The notes below the pieces were generated by a model, which saw only the letters and a list, made by a program, of their open reading frames with translations, searched no databases and was not told the origin of the DNA. The translations under genes were made by a program, and so were the position numbers. Positions 52,317-64,000 of a stretch of 64,000 bases of DNA are shown here, piece after piece. Origin of the DNA: Blasia pusilla (taxonomy: Eukaryota); NCBI GenBank assembly GCA_050084515.1, contig CM114271.1:35340001-35404000 (forward strand). Direction: 5' to 3'. The stretch's first letter is position 1. Each line of letters opens with the position of its first letter.

Positions 52317-53050
52317 TCTATATTATTATGGGAGAATGCCTTCTTGATTTGCGAACACCTATCTGTTTGACACGTGGCAACTAGGCAACAAGAAACTGTT
52401 TCTCCTGCAACAAGCAACAAGAAAAAAGTTTGAATTTGTGTAACGCATTATTAATCCCTTTCCTTCACAAGTTATACACTAATAAAAAATATTCAAACAC
52501 TGTTTATTTCCGTGCATCGCACAGACACCTTACTAGAGGGTACCTTATTGCTTTTGAGCGCCACGCGTCAATTGGAAAGGAAGCCGGCGGACCTTTTTGT
52601 GCGTATTTACGAATTCTATCATCTATATTATCTGTATTATTATGGGAAAGTGCTTTCTTGATTAGCAAACACCTTTATGTTTGATACGTGACATATGGCA
52701 GTAAGAAAATATTTCACATGCTACGGGCAGCAAGAAAATAATTTGAACTGCATAATTAATCTCTCCCCGTAACGGGCTATACACTACCTCTTGAAACATT
52801 TTTTTTATTTCCCGTGTATTGCACGTGCACCTTATCTATATTATTATGGGAGAGTGCCTTCTTGATTTGCAAACTCCTCAATGTTTGACTCGTGGCAATT
52901 GGGCATCAAGGAAATGTTTCACATGCTACGGCCATCAAGAAAAAAATTTAATTTTGTGTGCAACATCATTAATCTCTTCCCTTCACGGGCTATACACTAG
53001 CTCTTCAAACACTTTTTTATTTCGTGTGCATCGCACGGGCACCTTACTAG
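52317..53050 (+). mobile_element. Three ~215-bp non-autonomous Helitron-like units, near-tandem
   Basis: Each begins A|TCT(A/G)TATTATTATGGGA and ends with a GTGCATCGCAC-like hairpin. Copies 1 and 3 end CACCTTACTAG, and copy 3 is followed by T. Copies at ~52317-52536, ~52632-52834 and ~52835-53050. Confidence 0.7.
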
Positions 53051-53164
53051 TCCTCCACAAGTAAGTCATTTCATTTCCCATCACCATGGAAAAAAATTTC
53101 AAGTATGTATAATTTTTTTCTATAGAAATTTATCTCCTTCTCCCTTCTTCTACTGGTCCATGAA

Positions 53165-53720
53165 CCTCAACCCTGGTTAGCCACAACCTTGACACATAGT
53201 CTCTCCTCAACCATGGTTAGCCACAACCTTGACACATATTCTCTCCTCAACCTGCTTAGCCACAACCTTGACACATAGTCTCTCCTCAACCCTTGTTAGC
53301 CACATACCTTTACACCTACTTCCCCCTCAAACCTGGTTAGCCATGGGTCATGATACTTGGCTCCCTCCAAACCCTGGTTAGCCACGGACCGCCTAAAATC
53401 ATCCCAAGTGCTGCTAATGTGGCCACTAAGCTATTTCTTTGGAAAGCTCCTACTAAAATAAGAAATTCCCATGACACCTAGGTCCCCCTCAAACCTGGTT
53501 AGTCATTGGTCATGATAATTGGGTCCCCCTCCACCCCAGTTAAACCACGAACCATGGCACCCAGTTGCCTCTCGACCCTGGTTACCCACGTACCATGGCA
53601 CCTAGCTCCCCCTCAAACCTGGTTAGTCACGGGTCATGATACCCGGTTCCCCCTCAACCTTGGTTAGCTGCGAACCATGGCACCTAGTTCCCCAACCCAT
53701 TGTCAGTCGCGGGCCATGAC
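53165..53720. repeat. ~40-bp minisatellite upstream of RRP9
   Basis: Unit CCTCAACCCTGGTTAGCCACAACCTTGACACATAGTCTCT at 53165, 53205, 53245 and so on, diverging toward the 3' end. Confidence 0.9.
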
Positions 53721-53735
53721 ATCCCGTCCCGACAG

Positions 53736-53795
53736 AAACCCTAGGGTAGCAGTTTCAGCAACAGCAAGGGTTTGGGGGTCCAAACCCTAAACCCT
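53736..53795 (+). promoter_or_regulatory. Telo-box elements (AAACCCTA)
   Basis: AAACCCTAG at 53736 and AAACCCTAAACCCT at 53782, ~160-220 bp before the ATG of a ribosome-biogenesis gene, the typical context in plants. Confidence 0.7.
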
Positions 53796-53956
53796 GGCCC
53801 CATCGTTCAGAGGCGCCGGTGTGCAAGACAGAAATCTGTCTCTGTGTTTACTCCATAGCTGAGCAAATCCGAGGTTCAGATCGGTTGTTGAAATCTGTAT
53901 CTTGAATAGTAGAGCAGAATTGGACTGCAGACGGAAATGCAATTGGATCAGGATTG

Positions 53957-56900
53957 ATGGCGAAGCAGGGAAAAAGGAGGAGAGTGGATCAAGGAGGGAA
54001 GCAGAAGAAGAAGAAGAGAGTTGTGGGGGATTCAGCAGCGGATGGCGAGAGGGATCGATTTTTCCAGGAGAGACGCGATGAGGAATTGCACAGTAGCGAT
54101 GATGAGGAAGCGGAGGAGGACAGGAGAGAGGCGGTGGCGGACGACGAAGGTGAGGAGGAGGATGTAGAAACAGCAGAGGAAAAACGACTGAGAGTAGCGC
54201 GAGCTTATTTGACGAAGATTAGGGATTCTACGAAAGATGCGGAGGATGACGATTATGAGGGGGATGATAGTGCTGAGAAAGGGGATGAGGAGAGGCGAGG
54301 AGCTAGGGATACCATCGTTGCCGACTTGCTCCAGCAACAACAGCTGGAAGAAAGTGGACGTGTGCAGCGCAAGCTTGCCGCAAGGTTACTTCAATCAACC
54401 TAAGTTTACAGTAGTAGTATGGAGAATTGTGGACCCCTCTTGATGCCCTATATATGCTGTTAACCCCAGCCTGAAGATTTGTCATTTTGAATTGCTTGAA
54501 CAACACAATGAGCTAAGATTTACAGAAGAGGTGGTCATTAATCGATAGGTAGAATTTGCTTGAAAGCGACACTGCAAGATTTCGATCTTAGAATTGACGA
54601 CATGGCTCAACGCTGTGGCTACGAATTGACATCGTGCTGCCCATTTTTGTTACAATCAAAGACAGAGCAAACGCAGGTTTTGTAGTTGTTGCCATCGACT
54701 CATCCTGGAATTCCTTCGTGCTATGCTTTCAGAGTAGTCGAGCCCTTGACAGCCCCGGTCGGAAAGAACGTAAGCCGGAAGCATAGGCAGTCTGTGACAG
54801 TGATAACGCTTACAGAGGACGACTCAAGGGGTTTTTCTGCGTCGAAGGACGGGTTAGTTGTACATTGGGATATTGAGACAGGCCAAAGCGAGAAATACGA
54901 TTGGCCTTCCGTGGAAGCCTCAAATTCTGGTAGCGTCGCTGGGAAGAGTTTGCAGGCGAAGGCGAAGAAGCTGGGAAGTAGGCATCTGTTGGCTATGGCC
55001 GTAAGCTCTGATGGTAGATATCTAGCTGCAGGTGGATTGGATCGGAGCATACACCTGTGGGACACCAGAACTCGGAAACATTTGCAGGTACCTAGTGTTG
55101 ATTGATACTGCACTGCTGACTTAGGTTATGTGGCATTGATAGCCATGTCTTCCTTTTAGTGTGGTCCTTTGTGGGGATTGAGACCTGCGATTCTCACCTG
55201 GCTTTCAGCTTCTGCACTTAACGTCAAGCCATGTGAAAGCTTGGTGCGAACCTGCTGTGCTATTGTAATTCTCGAACGTCTTGTCTTAATTTCCGGTAGC
55301 AGCTCAAAGCAATTACTGCGAATTGGGACTTGTGATTCTCACCTGGGGTCTGTATTAATTGATAAGCTATGTGAAGTCTGGGTGCGAACAGCGTTTTATG
55401 TTTTATTGAAAGGGAGCAAGTTTGTGATGAAATGAAATTGAGCATCGGTATTTTGGTTGGAAGACGCTGCCGAACATGTTGTTAGGAAAGGTATGAGAGT
55501 TGGAGGCACAATATTGCCGGGAACCACGGAAATTATGACGACAAGAGATTTAAGTAGAACTAGCAGCTTGAGGAGTCTCAAATTTGAACAGAGAGGGTAG
55601 CTCTCTTTCTACATTAATCTAGTGGAGGTAGACAGAGGTTGTTTGGTGGATTTTCTTACCTCATTGTTGCTGATAACAGGCATTTCCTGGTCACAAAGGA
55701 GCAATTTCTTCACTGGTATTTAGGCAGGGTACCCAGCAGTTAATGTCTGGCTCCTTTGATCGGACTATAAAGCTGTGGAGTGTAGATGACAGATCCTACA
55801 TTGATACGCTATATGGTCACCAGAGTGAAGTCCTCTCAATTGATTGCTTGCGTCAGGAACGAGTTCTTTCTGCTGGCCGTGATCGCACTCTCAGACTTTG
55901 GAAGGTAAGCGACTGTGAAATTCTTAGGTTTTTGTCTGGCTGTGACTGCCACTGCCTTGAGTTCATTTTTCAAATTGTCTGGTATCAGATGCCAAATAAC
56001 TTCTGTATGGATTGCTCATTTTGATCTGAACGCTTATTGGACAAAATTTGTCATGGTGATATGCTTAGGTTCCAGAAGAGACGCAGCTGGTTTTCAGAGG
56101 ACATGCAGCATCAATGGACTCTTGTTGTTTCCTCTCAAATTCAGAGTTTTTTTCAGGTTCTGATGATGGAAGTGTTGCTCTTTGGAACACTCTTCGCAAG
56201 AAACCTGTGTCTGTCATAAAAAGTGCTCATGGAACTCCAGATTTGGCAACAAAGGTAGAACAATCAAGTGATGCCGAGAAGCCCGTGGAGTCTAAGGCGA
56301 CCAAGCGCATGAGTAATGGGCACTGTGATGGTAAGTTTCTGACTAAATTGTGAATGTATTGCAAGTGGTCTATCAATCAGTCAGAAGAAGATGATGTGAG
56401 GTGAGGGAAATATGGGGTGGATGCAAGTTCTGAAAACACATGTGAACAATTTGGTGCTTCAAAGTGGAATCTATAAGGAACAGAAGACTGTCTCCGTTGC
56501 AAGTGCTATCTGAACAAGTTTACTTGAAGGAACCATGGAACTGCTCCCTACAGTCCTGCAGCACAGAGAAGACAGCCTGACATATAGGATGGGTTTGCAG
56601 AGGGTTGATGAAATGGGGTTCACTTGAGGCTGTTGACATTGTTTGCTTGCTTGATTGTAGGAAATGGTACACTTGAACAAGATTCAAGTCTAGAATTTAA
56701 CACAATCTCCGCTGCACCGGGAGGAGCTGCTAGTGCATGGATTGGAGCAGTTGCATCTTGTAGGGGAAGTGACTTAGTTGCTAGTGGTGCCGGTGATGGT
56801 ATGGTTAGACTTTGGGCTTTGGAGGAAGGTAGCAAAGGCTTGAGGGCATCAATCAGTCTTCCAGTTGTAAGTAACTCCTTTTCCTAACCACTGCTTTACA

Positions 56901-57478
56901 AAGATAAATTCTGTCAATATTGAGGATGGTGGCCATAATGTATGCCAGTGAACACTATTCTTGTTTAGATATTTTGGTGTAGAGATATCTGTGAGAGTAC
57001 CTATATAAAATGCTAGCTTGGAATTGTCTGTTCACCACAGAAATGTGTTTTGGTGAAGGATCATATCATTGTTAGCACTCTATCAGTGTCCTGGCAAGAT
57101 CCCTGAGGTAATATTTGTCACGTGCAGAAAGGATTTGTAAATTCTCTTGCATTTGCACACAGTGGGCGATTCTTACTTGCTGGGACTGGCCAGGTAAGCT
57201 GGCATTCTCGAAACCATGGGCCAAAAGGAATTCCTGAAATTGTATTGTCGGGTGGTCTTGGCACTAGATGAAAGTGATTCTAGTCTGTCTGGTAGAACTT
57301 CATTCCCTATTTTACAGGGGTTTCCTTTTTTATGTTGTCTATCAGTGTAATGTTTACATAAATGCTTTCTGATCTGACACATGCTTTCTTTACTCAGGAG
57401 CCACGGCTAGGGAGATGGGGACGAATACCTCATGCTCGCAATGGAGTTGTGCAACACACCATCAATCTTTCTCAATAA
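53957..57478 (+). CDS. RRP9: U3 snoRNP-associated WD40 protein (RRP9 / U3-55K / YAO-like), 7 exons
   Basis: Exons 53957-54384 (ETAEEKRLRVARAYL), 54733-55087, 55680-55904 (SGSFDRTIKLW..DTLYGHQSEV), 56069-56330, 56661-56866, 57128-57193 and 57398-57478 (EPRLGRW). All introns are GT-AG. Confidence 0.93.
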
Positions 57479-60400
57479 TCTGCCATTGACTTAAATTTCC
57501 TTCAGAACGTCCAATTTTGTAGTTAGATCAATAATCCGTGGGGCTGGAATGTACGAGTTATTCAAGTTGTACGGTTTTCATTTATTGTGATCTTAATATG
57601 ATCCGTTTCCATGCTTCACTACCAAATGTTGGTCTCGTATATTTCTTTGATTCACAACGAGATGCCCATCTCCTGATTTTGTTCTGTCGTAGAAGGTGAT
57701 TACAGTTCCTGTCACAGGAAAAAAGACACATCTGGCTTGGTTGGGATGAATCATGATATTCTTGGCCTTGAATTCCACCAAAACTAGCAGAGCCATGGAT
57801 GTTGAAACAGACAATGGCAGCTTTGATGCTAGTGACCTGTGTGGATACTATCTCTGCCATTCCTTCAAGAAGGAGAGGCATGTGCAGGCCACCCTCTGTT
57901 GTTTCCACAGAGGTATGCAGCATATGATGACTTAATCAGCCGCTTTCTTGACCATTCCAGTCTTCTGAGAACTAGTTTCTAGATTTTGTTTTGGGCAAAT
58001 TCACTTCACATGAATATGTCAGATGTGGTATCATTGCGGAGTCATCTATGCCGAAAGATGAAAGAGTGCCTGAATTTTGTTCACCTTTGAAATCACTGGC
58101 ACAAGAGCAGGTTGAGTGTTGTCAAGATTCATTCAGAAAGTTTTGAGGGTTTCAACTTCTTGGTATATGCGTCTTGTGGTTACTGAAAGTTTACTCACGG
58201 GAGCTGTCATTCTCAACTGCTTGGGGGGATATTGGACTTACTCTTTTACTATGAGCCATTTGGTCATCATATGTTTTATTGAAGTTTTGTCCAACGACAT
58301 TGTAAAAGGAGGAGAACACGTCCATGCCTTTAACTTACCTGGGGTTATAAGCAAGGCCTTGTCGTTGGGCTTGTCTAAGTAGGGTGATTCAATTTTGAAG
58401 ATTGAGCCGAAAATTCCTGGGGTGAACAAAGGTGAGGTCCAACATGGTTTACTGAATTATTCTCTTGGCCAAGATGAAGTATTGAATCCTTTGTATAGCC
58501 AAATCAAGACAGAATCAAGACCATTGGTAACTACTACTATCTCACATGCTCATGGGAAACCCCATGAGCATGTGAGATAGTAGTAGTTACCAATGGTGGG
58601 GCGTCTCATCACAAGTAACCGTAGAATGGGTTTCTCCTTTCTGGAGGTGTTCCACATGACAACTGCACAGTGTCTTTTCTGTCTTTGTAGCATACTACAT
58701 AAGACAAGTTTTTGGAAAATGTGATTGGAGTAGTTCAATTTTCTTTTGCTCGAATTTGTTAGTTTAACTGGTTGTGTTTACCTGGTGTTTTTAAGCAAAA
58801 AGTACTTTGTAAGACTGATCTCTTTCTTTCCCTATCCGACTGCCAGTGTTTTTGGATCTTGATGATTCTTTGTTACTGGATCTTCTCTTTCTTGGTGGAG
58901 TTTCCCAGCTCGTACTATTGATGAGAGATTTCCCCGACTAGTACCCTTCAATTTCCATTTCATCTCCTCTCTTTGCCGCCGCAGGAATGGAGAAATAATG
59001 TGCCAGCCCCTACATTCTTTGTTAGCCATAGCAAGGTGGACCTTGCCTCCTGCTTGGTAGCAGTCAAGGGGGGACAAGTGGAAAATGAAGCGGAAGACGA
59101 GCATTTGCCTTGATTCTCTACATGTCAAACAAAACAGCAATGGCCTTGTATCTAGCTTGTGGTGCAACAAGACGAAGTCGTTGTAATCCATGTTTAAGTC
59201 GTTCAAGAAGGAGGAATGAGATGCAGTTGATGGACTACAACCCTTCATCTCATCCCTCTTGCCCCCATGGAATTGCGGGATCTATCTGGGCGCTATGCGT
59301 TGAATCAACTGATGACGGGCTTTGTGGCAAGCAAACTTCGAATGGTGTGGTTTCGGAGAGAGAAACAAGAGATGGAAAAGTTTAGGTAGACATGTCTAAA
59401 AGACTATAGCTCGATTGGAGTTTGCCAGCCTACGATGTTTTCCATGTCATATTTCTTCTGCCAAAAATTTCTCATTGGAAATATTTAACACGGAAGTATT
59501 TCGAATCATATTTCTACCTCATGTATTCTTTTCGGAATCAAGAAGTTTTCATATCCGATTTTTGGTGATGAAGTCTTCTTGCCATAAATGTCTCCAATTT
59601 TTTTCTTCAAATATCAAAACTTCATATCATTAGGTTCTTTCATTATGGTTTTAAAATAAGGAGCGTAAGTAAACGAATAAAAGAAGAAAAATCGTTAAAG
59701 CAGGAAATAAGTTCGACTCCTTCGTTTTGACCCGGTGGGCATCATGGGCATCTAAGTTTTCGTTGGTTTTTTATCAAATAAAAAGTATGTAAACTCCTAT
59801 TTATGGAAAATCCAAAAATGAGAACTATAAAAATATCATAAGAAACATTGATTCGAGGAAAATTTATATATATATATATATATATAGGATTTGTTTAATA
59901 TAAATAGAAGATACTATATTTGAAAAAAATACATAATATTACGAAGCTAAAAATAAACTACTGATGAGAAACCATAAAGTATTAAAGTTAGTGAAAATTT
60001 CAATCCTCAAGATTCTTTCATGGTAGACTAAAAAACTTCCTTAAGCAATATAGGTCTGAAAATACTTGGTCACGTGTTGGACTATGTCATCAACTATAAA
60101 CATTGGTACACGTTTTCTCCATGCTCACATACTCTTTTATTATTTGCCCGACCTATTCTATTTGAATCTTTAAAAATTCAAGATTTTCCTTGAAAAAACA
60201 TCTTTTGTGTTCATTTCTTCTTTGCTTATACCCCTATGAACATCAAGCAACCCAAATTCCCACCTCCTCTTGTGTGTTGTTCTTCCAATGAATGGTCACA
60301 TTTTTATCAAGCTTAGAATGCCTAATATTTCCATAATATAAATGTGATTTCTTACACTTCTTCACTTTGTAATATAACCTCCTTTCATATACCATCCTTT

Positions 60401-62014
60401 ATTCAAAGTAATCTCACTAATATTTCATTTTACAAGTAAGGGAATAACATATACCATTTGTATAGTTTAAATATCATTATTAGAAATATCCATAATAAAG
60501 GAGATTTCCTCTTAGTGCATGCTTTCCTCAAATGAACTACACTAATCTTTTCATATGATTCCCATCCCTATATTAGTCTCTCTTCTTTCAAAAAAATTTC
60601 AACACTAGCATCCACTTCTTTCTACGCCAAAACGTTTGGTATAGTTCCAAACTTTTTATGCAAGGTTTGGCCTAAATCAAACATTCAATACCTTTTTTTT
60701 TAAACCTCCCGAATCTTCAATCTCAAATTTTTCAGTGGATACCCTCTCATTGATACATATTTTTTTTCCGACATTGGAATGAAAAACCCTTATATTTTGT
60801 AATTATTTTGAACATTCCTTGCCTAATATTTGGTTATGAATCCTATGGTAAACCTTGGTTCTATGTGTGCAACATATCCTTTTCTATCTCATTATTATAT
60901 TCATAGATGTGTTTGATATTTGTAAATAATTTTGCTATTATAATTGACAAGGACATGAAATCCTTGTTGATCCTTCCAACTTAACATGTCATATCATGCC
61001 ACTAACAAAGATATGACACTCTAAGACCTGTTGATCCTTCCCATAGAACACGTCACATCATGTAATCATAGGTTTTTCATAACAATTTATCCTCACCTAA
61101 TTTTCACTCCCATGCATCTATTTATCATTTACCAACACACCACTTCCAATGGCAAAAATACGTACTCATCGTCCACATAGTATTAATTTAGTATCCACAA
61201 GATGCAATTGGAAAAAAATGATTCGTCGAGAGGTGTGATTGTATCTCAAGATTCACTCCTAGACCTCTCCAAAAATCTCCAAAAAACTCCCAAAACTAGA
61301 AATCTCACCTTTCAAAATTTTAATAACGATCTCATACTATTAGTCCCAAAACTTATTTAAATATCAATTCATGATTACTTCTTTCTATTTTCCAATATTG
61401 ATTTTTCTTTGATGAAAATGAAATGAAATGAAATGCATTGTGTATCACTCCTAGAGTGTGTTTCAACACAATAATCCAACCTTTAAATTAAAAGAGAAAA
61501 ATATATTATTAATTATTATATATAGAGTACCTTGAAAAAAAAGATATTACTAAGTTTACCATAAGATTTAATCTATCCTCAATCTATAATATTAACAGAG
61601 GATGGGATTAGGAAAACCCACTTCTAGTATTGACACATGTCCTTTGAAAGTTCTTCTACTATTGACACGTGTCAGATTTCAGGAGTAGTTAAGTTAAGAG
61701 GGCCAAAGACTTAAGGGGTTCCTGGAAAGTTTTCCCCTCATTTGTACATAGCACGAGCATCATAATAGTATGCTTAATTACAAAAAAAAATCTTTTAGCT
61801 AGGGATTATTAGGATGAATCATGAAATGTGCATATTTTGCCTCCATGGAAATTTGCAAGAGTGTTTTTATTACTCTATGCACATTGTGTACTAAAAGGGA
61901 GGGACAACTTTAGCTATCTCATCGTGTTCTTCCCTTCCATGTTGCCAAAGAACTCAAGCGTGCATGTAGTACATCATGCATGGGTGGGTATGTGGAGTGG
62001 TCAGGCGTGCATAC

Positions 62015-62800
62015 CTCATTTTGTCCCCCTCGACATTACACATAGGATAGTCGTATCCCTTGACCTCACCTGCACCATTCTCAAGTCTCTTCTTCGCTTT
62101 GAACATGTCAAGATATGGGCTTGATATTCATTGTTTGAGTGGATGTTGTAGAAGTTTATTTGTCTCATCATTTGAAAGAAATAAGGAAAATTTTAGTGGA
62201 ATGGGCTCATACATTAGAAAATTGTGACTTGTACGATAACACAAGTTCATCTTATCTCCCACAAGTGGAGAAAAATAATATCTTTGGGTGATGTGTGTGT
62301 ATAAGGATTTGCAAGATGTTTCTAAGAACTTGATATCAAACTCTTGTGTATGGAGAACAAAATCTTTTTGACACTTGTGGCACCAAATAGTAATGTTAAA
62401 AACTCCACTTTTGAGGGGTTTATGTACATTTAAAGATTTGAATAAGCGAGAAAGAATACCTTGAAATCATCACTTTGAATGCAAAAACACTCAATCTTTG
62501 AGTCCTTTGTATTGCTGAAGCAACAAAGAATTCTTTGAGAACGTCACATATGATGCCAAAAACTAGTATTAACAACACAATATTTTTGTGTTTTGTGTTG
62601 CATGAGTGACAAAGTACTCCTTGAAAACATCACTTGTGATGCTAAACACTCCAATCTTTGAGTTCTTTTTGTTGCTCAGATGATGGAATAATTATTTGAG
62701 AATTTCGCTTATGATGCCAAATACTAGTGTTATATTGCTCAAGTGACAAACAACTCCTTCACAACATCACTTGAGATACAAATACAATGTTCTAAAATAT
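62015..62800 (+). pseudogene. Possible decayed F-box/LRR gene with ~160-bp degenerate repeats
   Basis: VPLDITHRIV..KSLLRFEHVKIW resembles an F-box. Degenerate repeats lie at ~62459-62570 and ~62619-62730. Confidence 0.3.
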
Positions 62801-63067
62801 AAGACATTTATCTTACACTTGATGTTTGAAGTTGTATCGAAGGGGACGCGAGGAATATCTTACATAAACATGTGACTGGCTCCAATGGATGTGAGGGAAG
62901 GATATGAGTAGAAAATATTTCACAATTCATAAGAAAGAATATCAAATATATTTTAATAGTCTAACTTAAGGAAAAAAAAAAAAAGGATCATATTCAACCC
63001 AATGCTAAGAGATCCATGAAAATTTTGCTCTTGTCCTTTCATATAAATGCTTGGACATACATGTATT

Positions 63068-63105
63068 TTAAGGACATGAGGTCCTTCAGGACCTCATGTC
63101 CTTAA
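63068..63105. repeat. Perfect hairpin, 18-bp arms, 2-nt loop
   Basis: TTAAGGACATGAGGTCCT-TC-AGGACCTCATGTCCTTAA. Confidence 0.9.
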
Positions 63106-64000
63106 GGACCCTAAGGAGATTTTTATACTCTTTTATAAGGATAAACACTTATATGGATATGTGTAGCAAGGGCTTGTAAATATGTCTTACTTGTGTTTGA
63201 TCCTACCTACTTTAATTTGCATGTTTGTTAAGGGATTCCAATTCTTTGTCTTTGAATCTTGAAAGGGAGTATGTATTTAATGCTAGGCTATTTGAAAAAA
63301 AAATTCCAATGGAAATATCCCAAAAATATATTTTAATACATATTTCAACCACTTCTAAACTACAATGGGTGGTCTCACACCAAATACCTTATACATGAAA
63401 ATGTAAAAGGACTATTGAGTGTATTTCAAACTAGTGCTTCTTATAAGTAATCCTAGCTTTAAGAACTACTAAGTTGATTTCAAGCTAGTCCTTACTCCAA
63501 GTAAATCATGATACCTCCTATCCATATGGAAAATTTGTTTTTGGAAAATTTTCAAGAAATATAATCACAAAAGTCTAGGCGCCAGAAAAGGTTTTTAGGC
63601 ACCAAATCTTGTGCTTGAATGGCACTACGTGAGCATAGGGCACTAAGCACCCGATTCTTTATAGATAAAAAAAACTTGAAAATGCCTACATGTGTATTTC
63701 TCACACTAGTGAGAAATAAATATGAGAATTATTCTATAATTTTATTATGCTAGGAGGGATACCTCATTTACTAATAATAGGTTCATCATATTAGAGCATG
63801 AAGCGAGTTATAGAAACTATTTATGGAGGATATTTGTTGTCATTTTGCAACATATATGATATTCCTTTTGGTGCCAAAATTCAAACTATATAAATATAAG
63901 AAGCTAAAAGCACATTCCATGCTCCAATGCTCAAGTCATACATCGCACAAGTGCCAAATGAACATGCCCTAAAATGCCAACAAAAGATATTAGAAAATCT

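Noticed and set aside
53165-53720. CRISPR-like periodic array
   Set aside because: Whole units repeat with no unique spacers, there are no cas genes, and the context is eukaryotic.
57582-59633. Short ORFs downstream of RRP9
   Set aside because: No recognisable domains or consistent exon chain.

Overview
Eukaryotic, land-plant-type genomic DNA (GT-AG introns, telo-boxes, plant TE families; a non-seed plant is my guess). There are three host genes: a single-exon secreted S-protein-homologue-like gene (1214-1711, +), a multi-exon nicotinate phosphoribosyltransferase (37540-43907, -) and a 7-exon U3 snoRNP WD40 protein RRP9/U3-55K (53957-57478, +). The rest is mostly transposon DNA: a decayed CRE-like RLE non-LTR retrotransposon, a tRNA-Met-primed Ty3/gypsy element with a GAAAT TSD, hAT and Helitron remnants, and small tandem Helitron-like units. 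The standout is a pair of related but divergent Ty3/gypsy-like elements (E1 17184-24653, E2 26468-35741). (i) They carry a DNMT3-like C5 cytosine methyltransferase between protease and RT (full domain in E2, remnant in E1) and a PHD finger after the integrase. (ii) They have a Tf1-like self-priming signature instead of a tRNA PBS. (iii) They have split terminal repeats, A-internal-B-A-B, with TG...CA outer ends and 4-bp TSDs. That layout is what a 2-LTR circle gives if the DDE integrase opens it at an att site inside the LTR. All calls were made by eye, without database searches, and coordinates of decayed elements are approximate.
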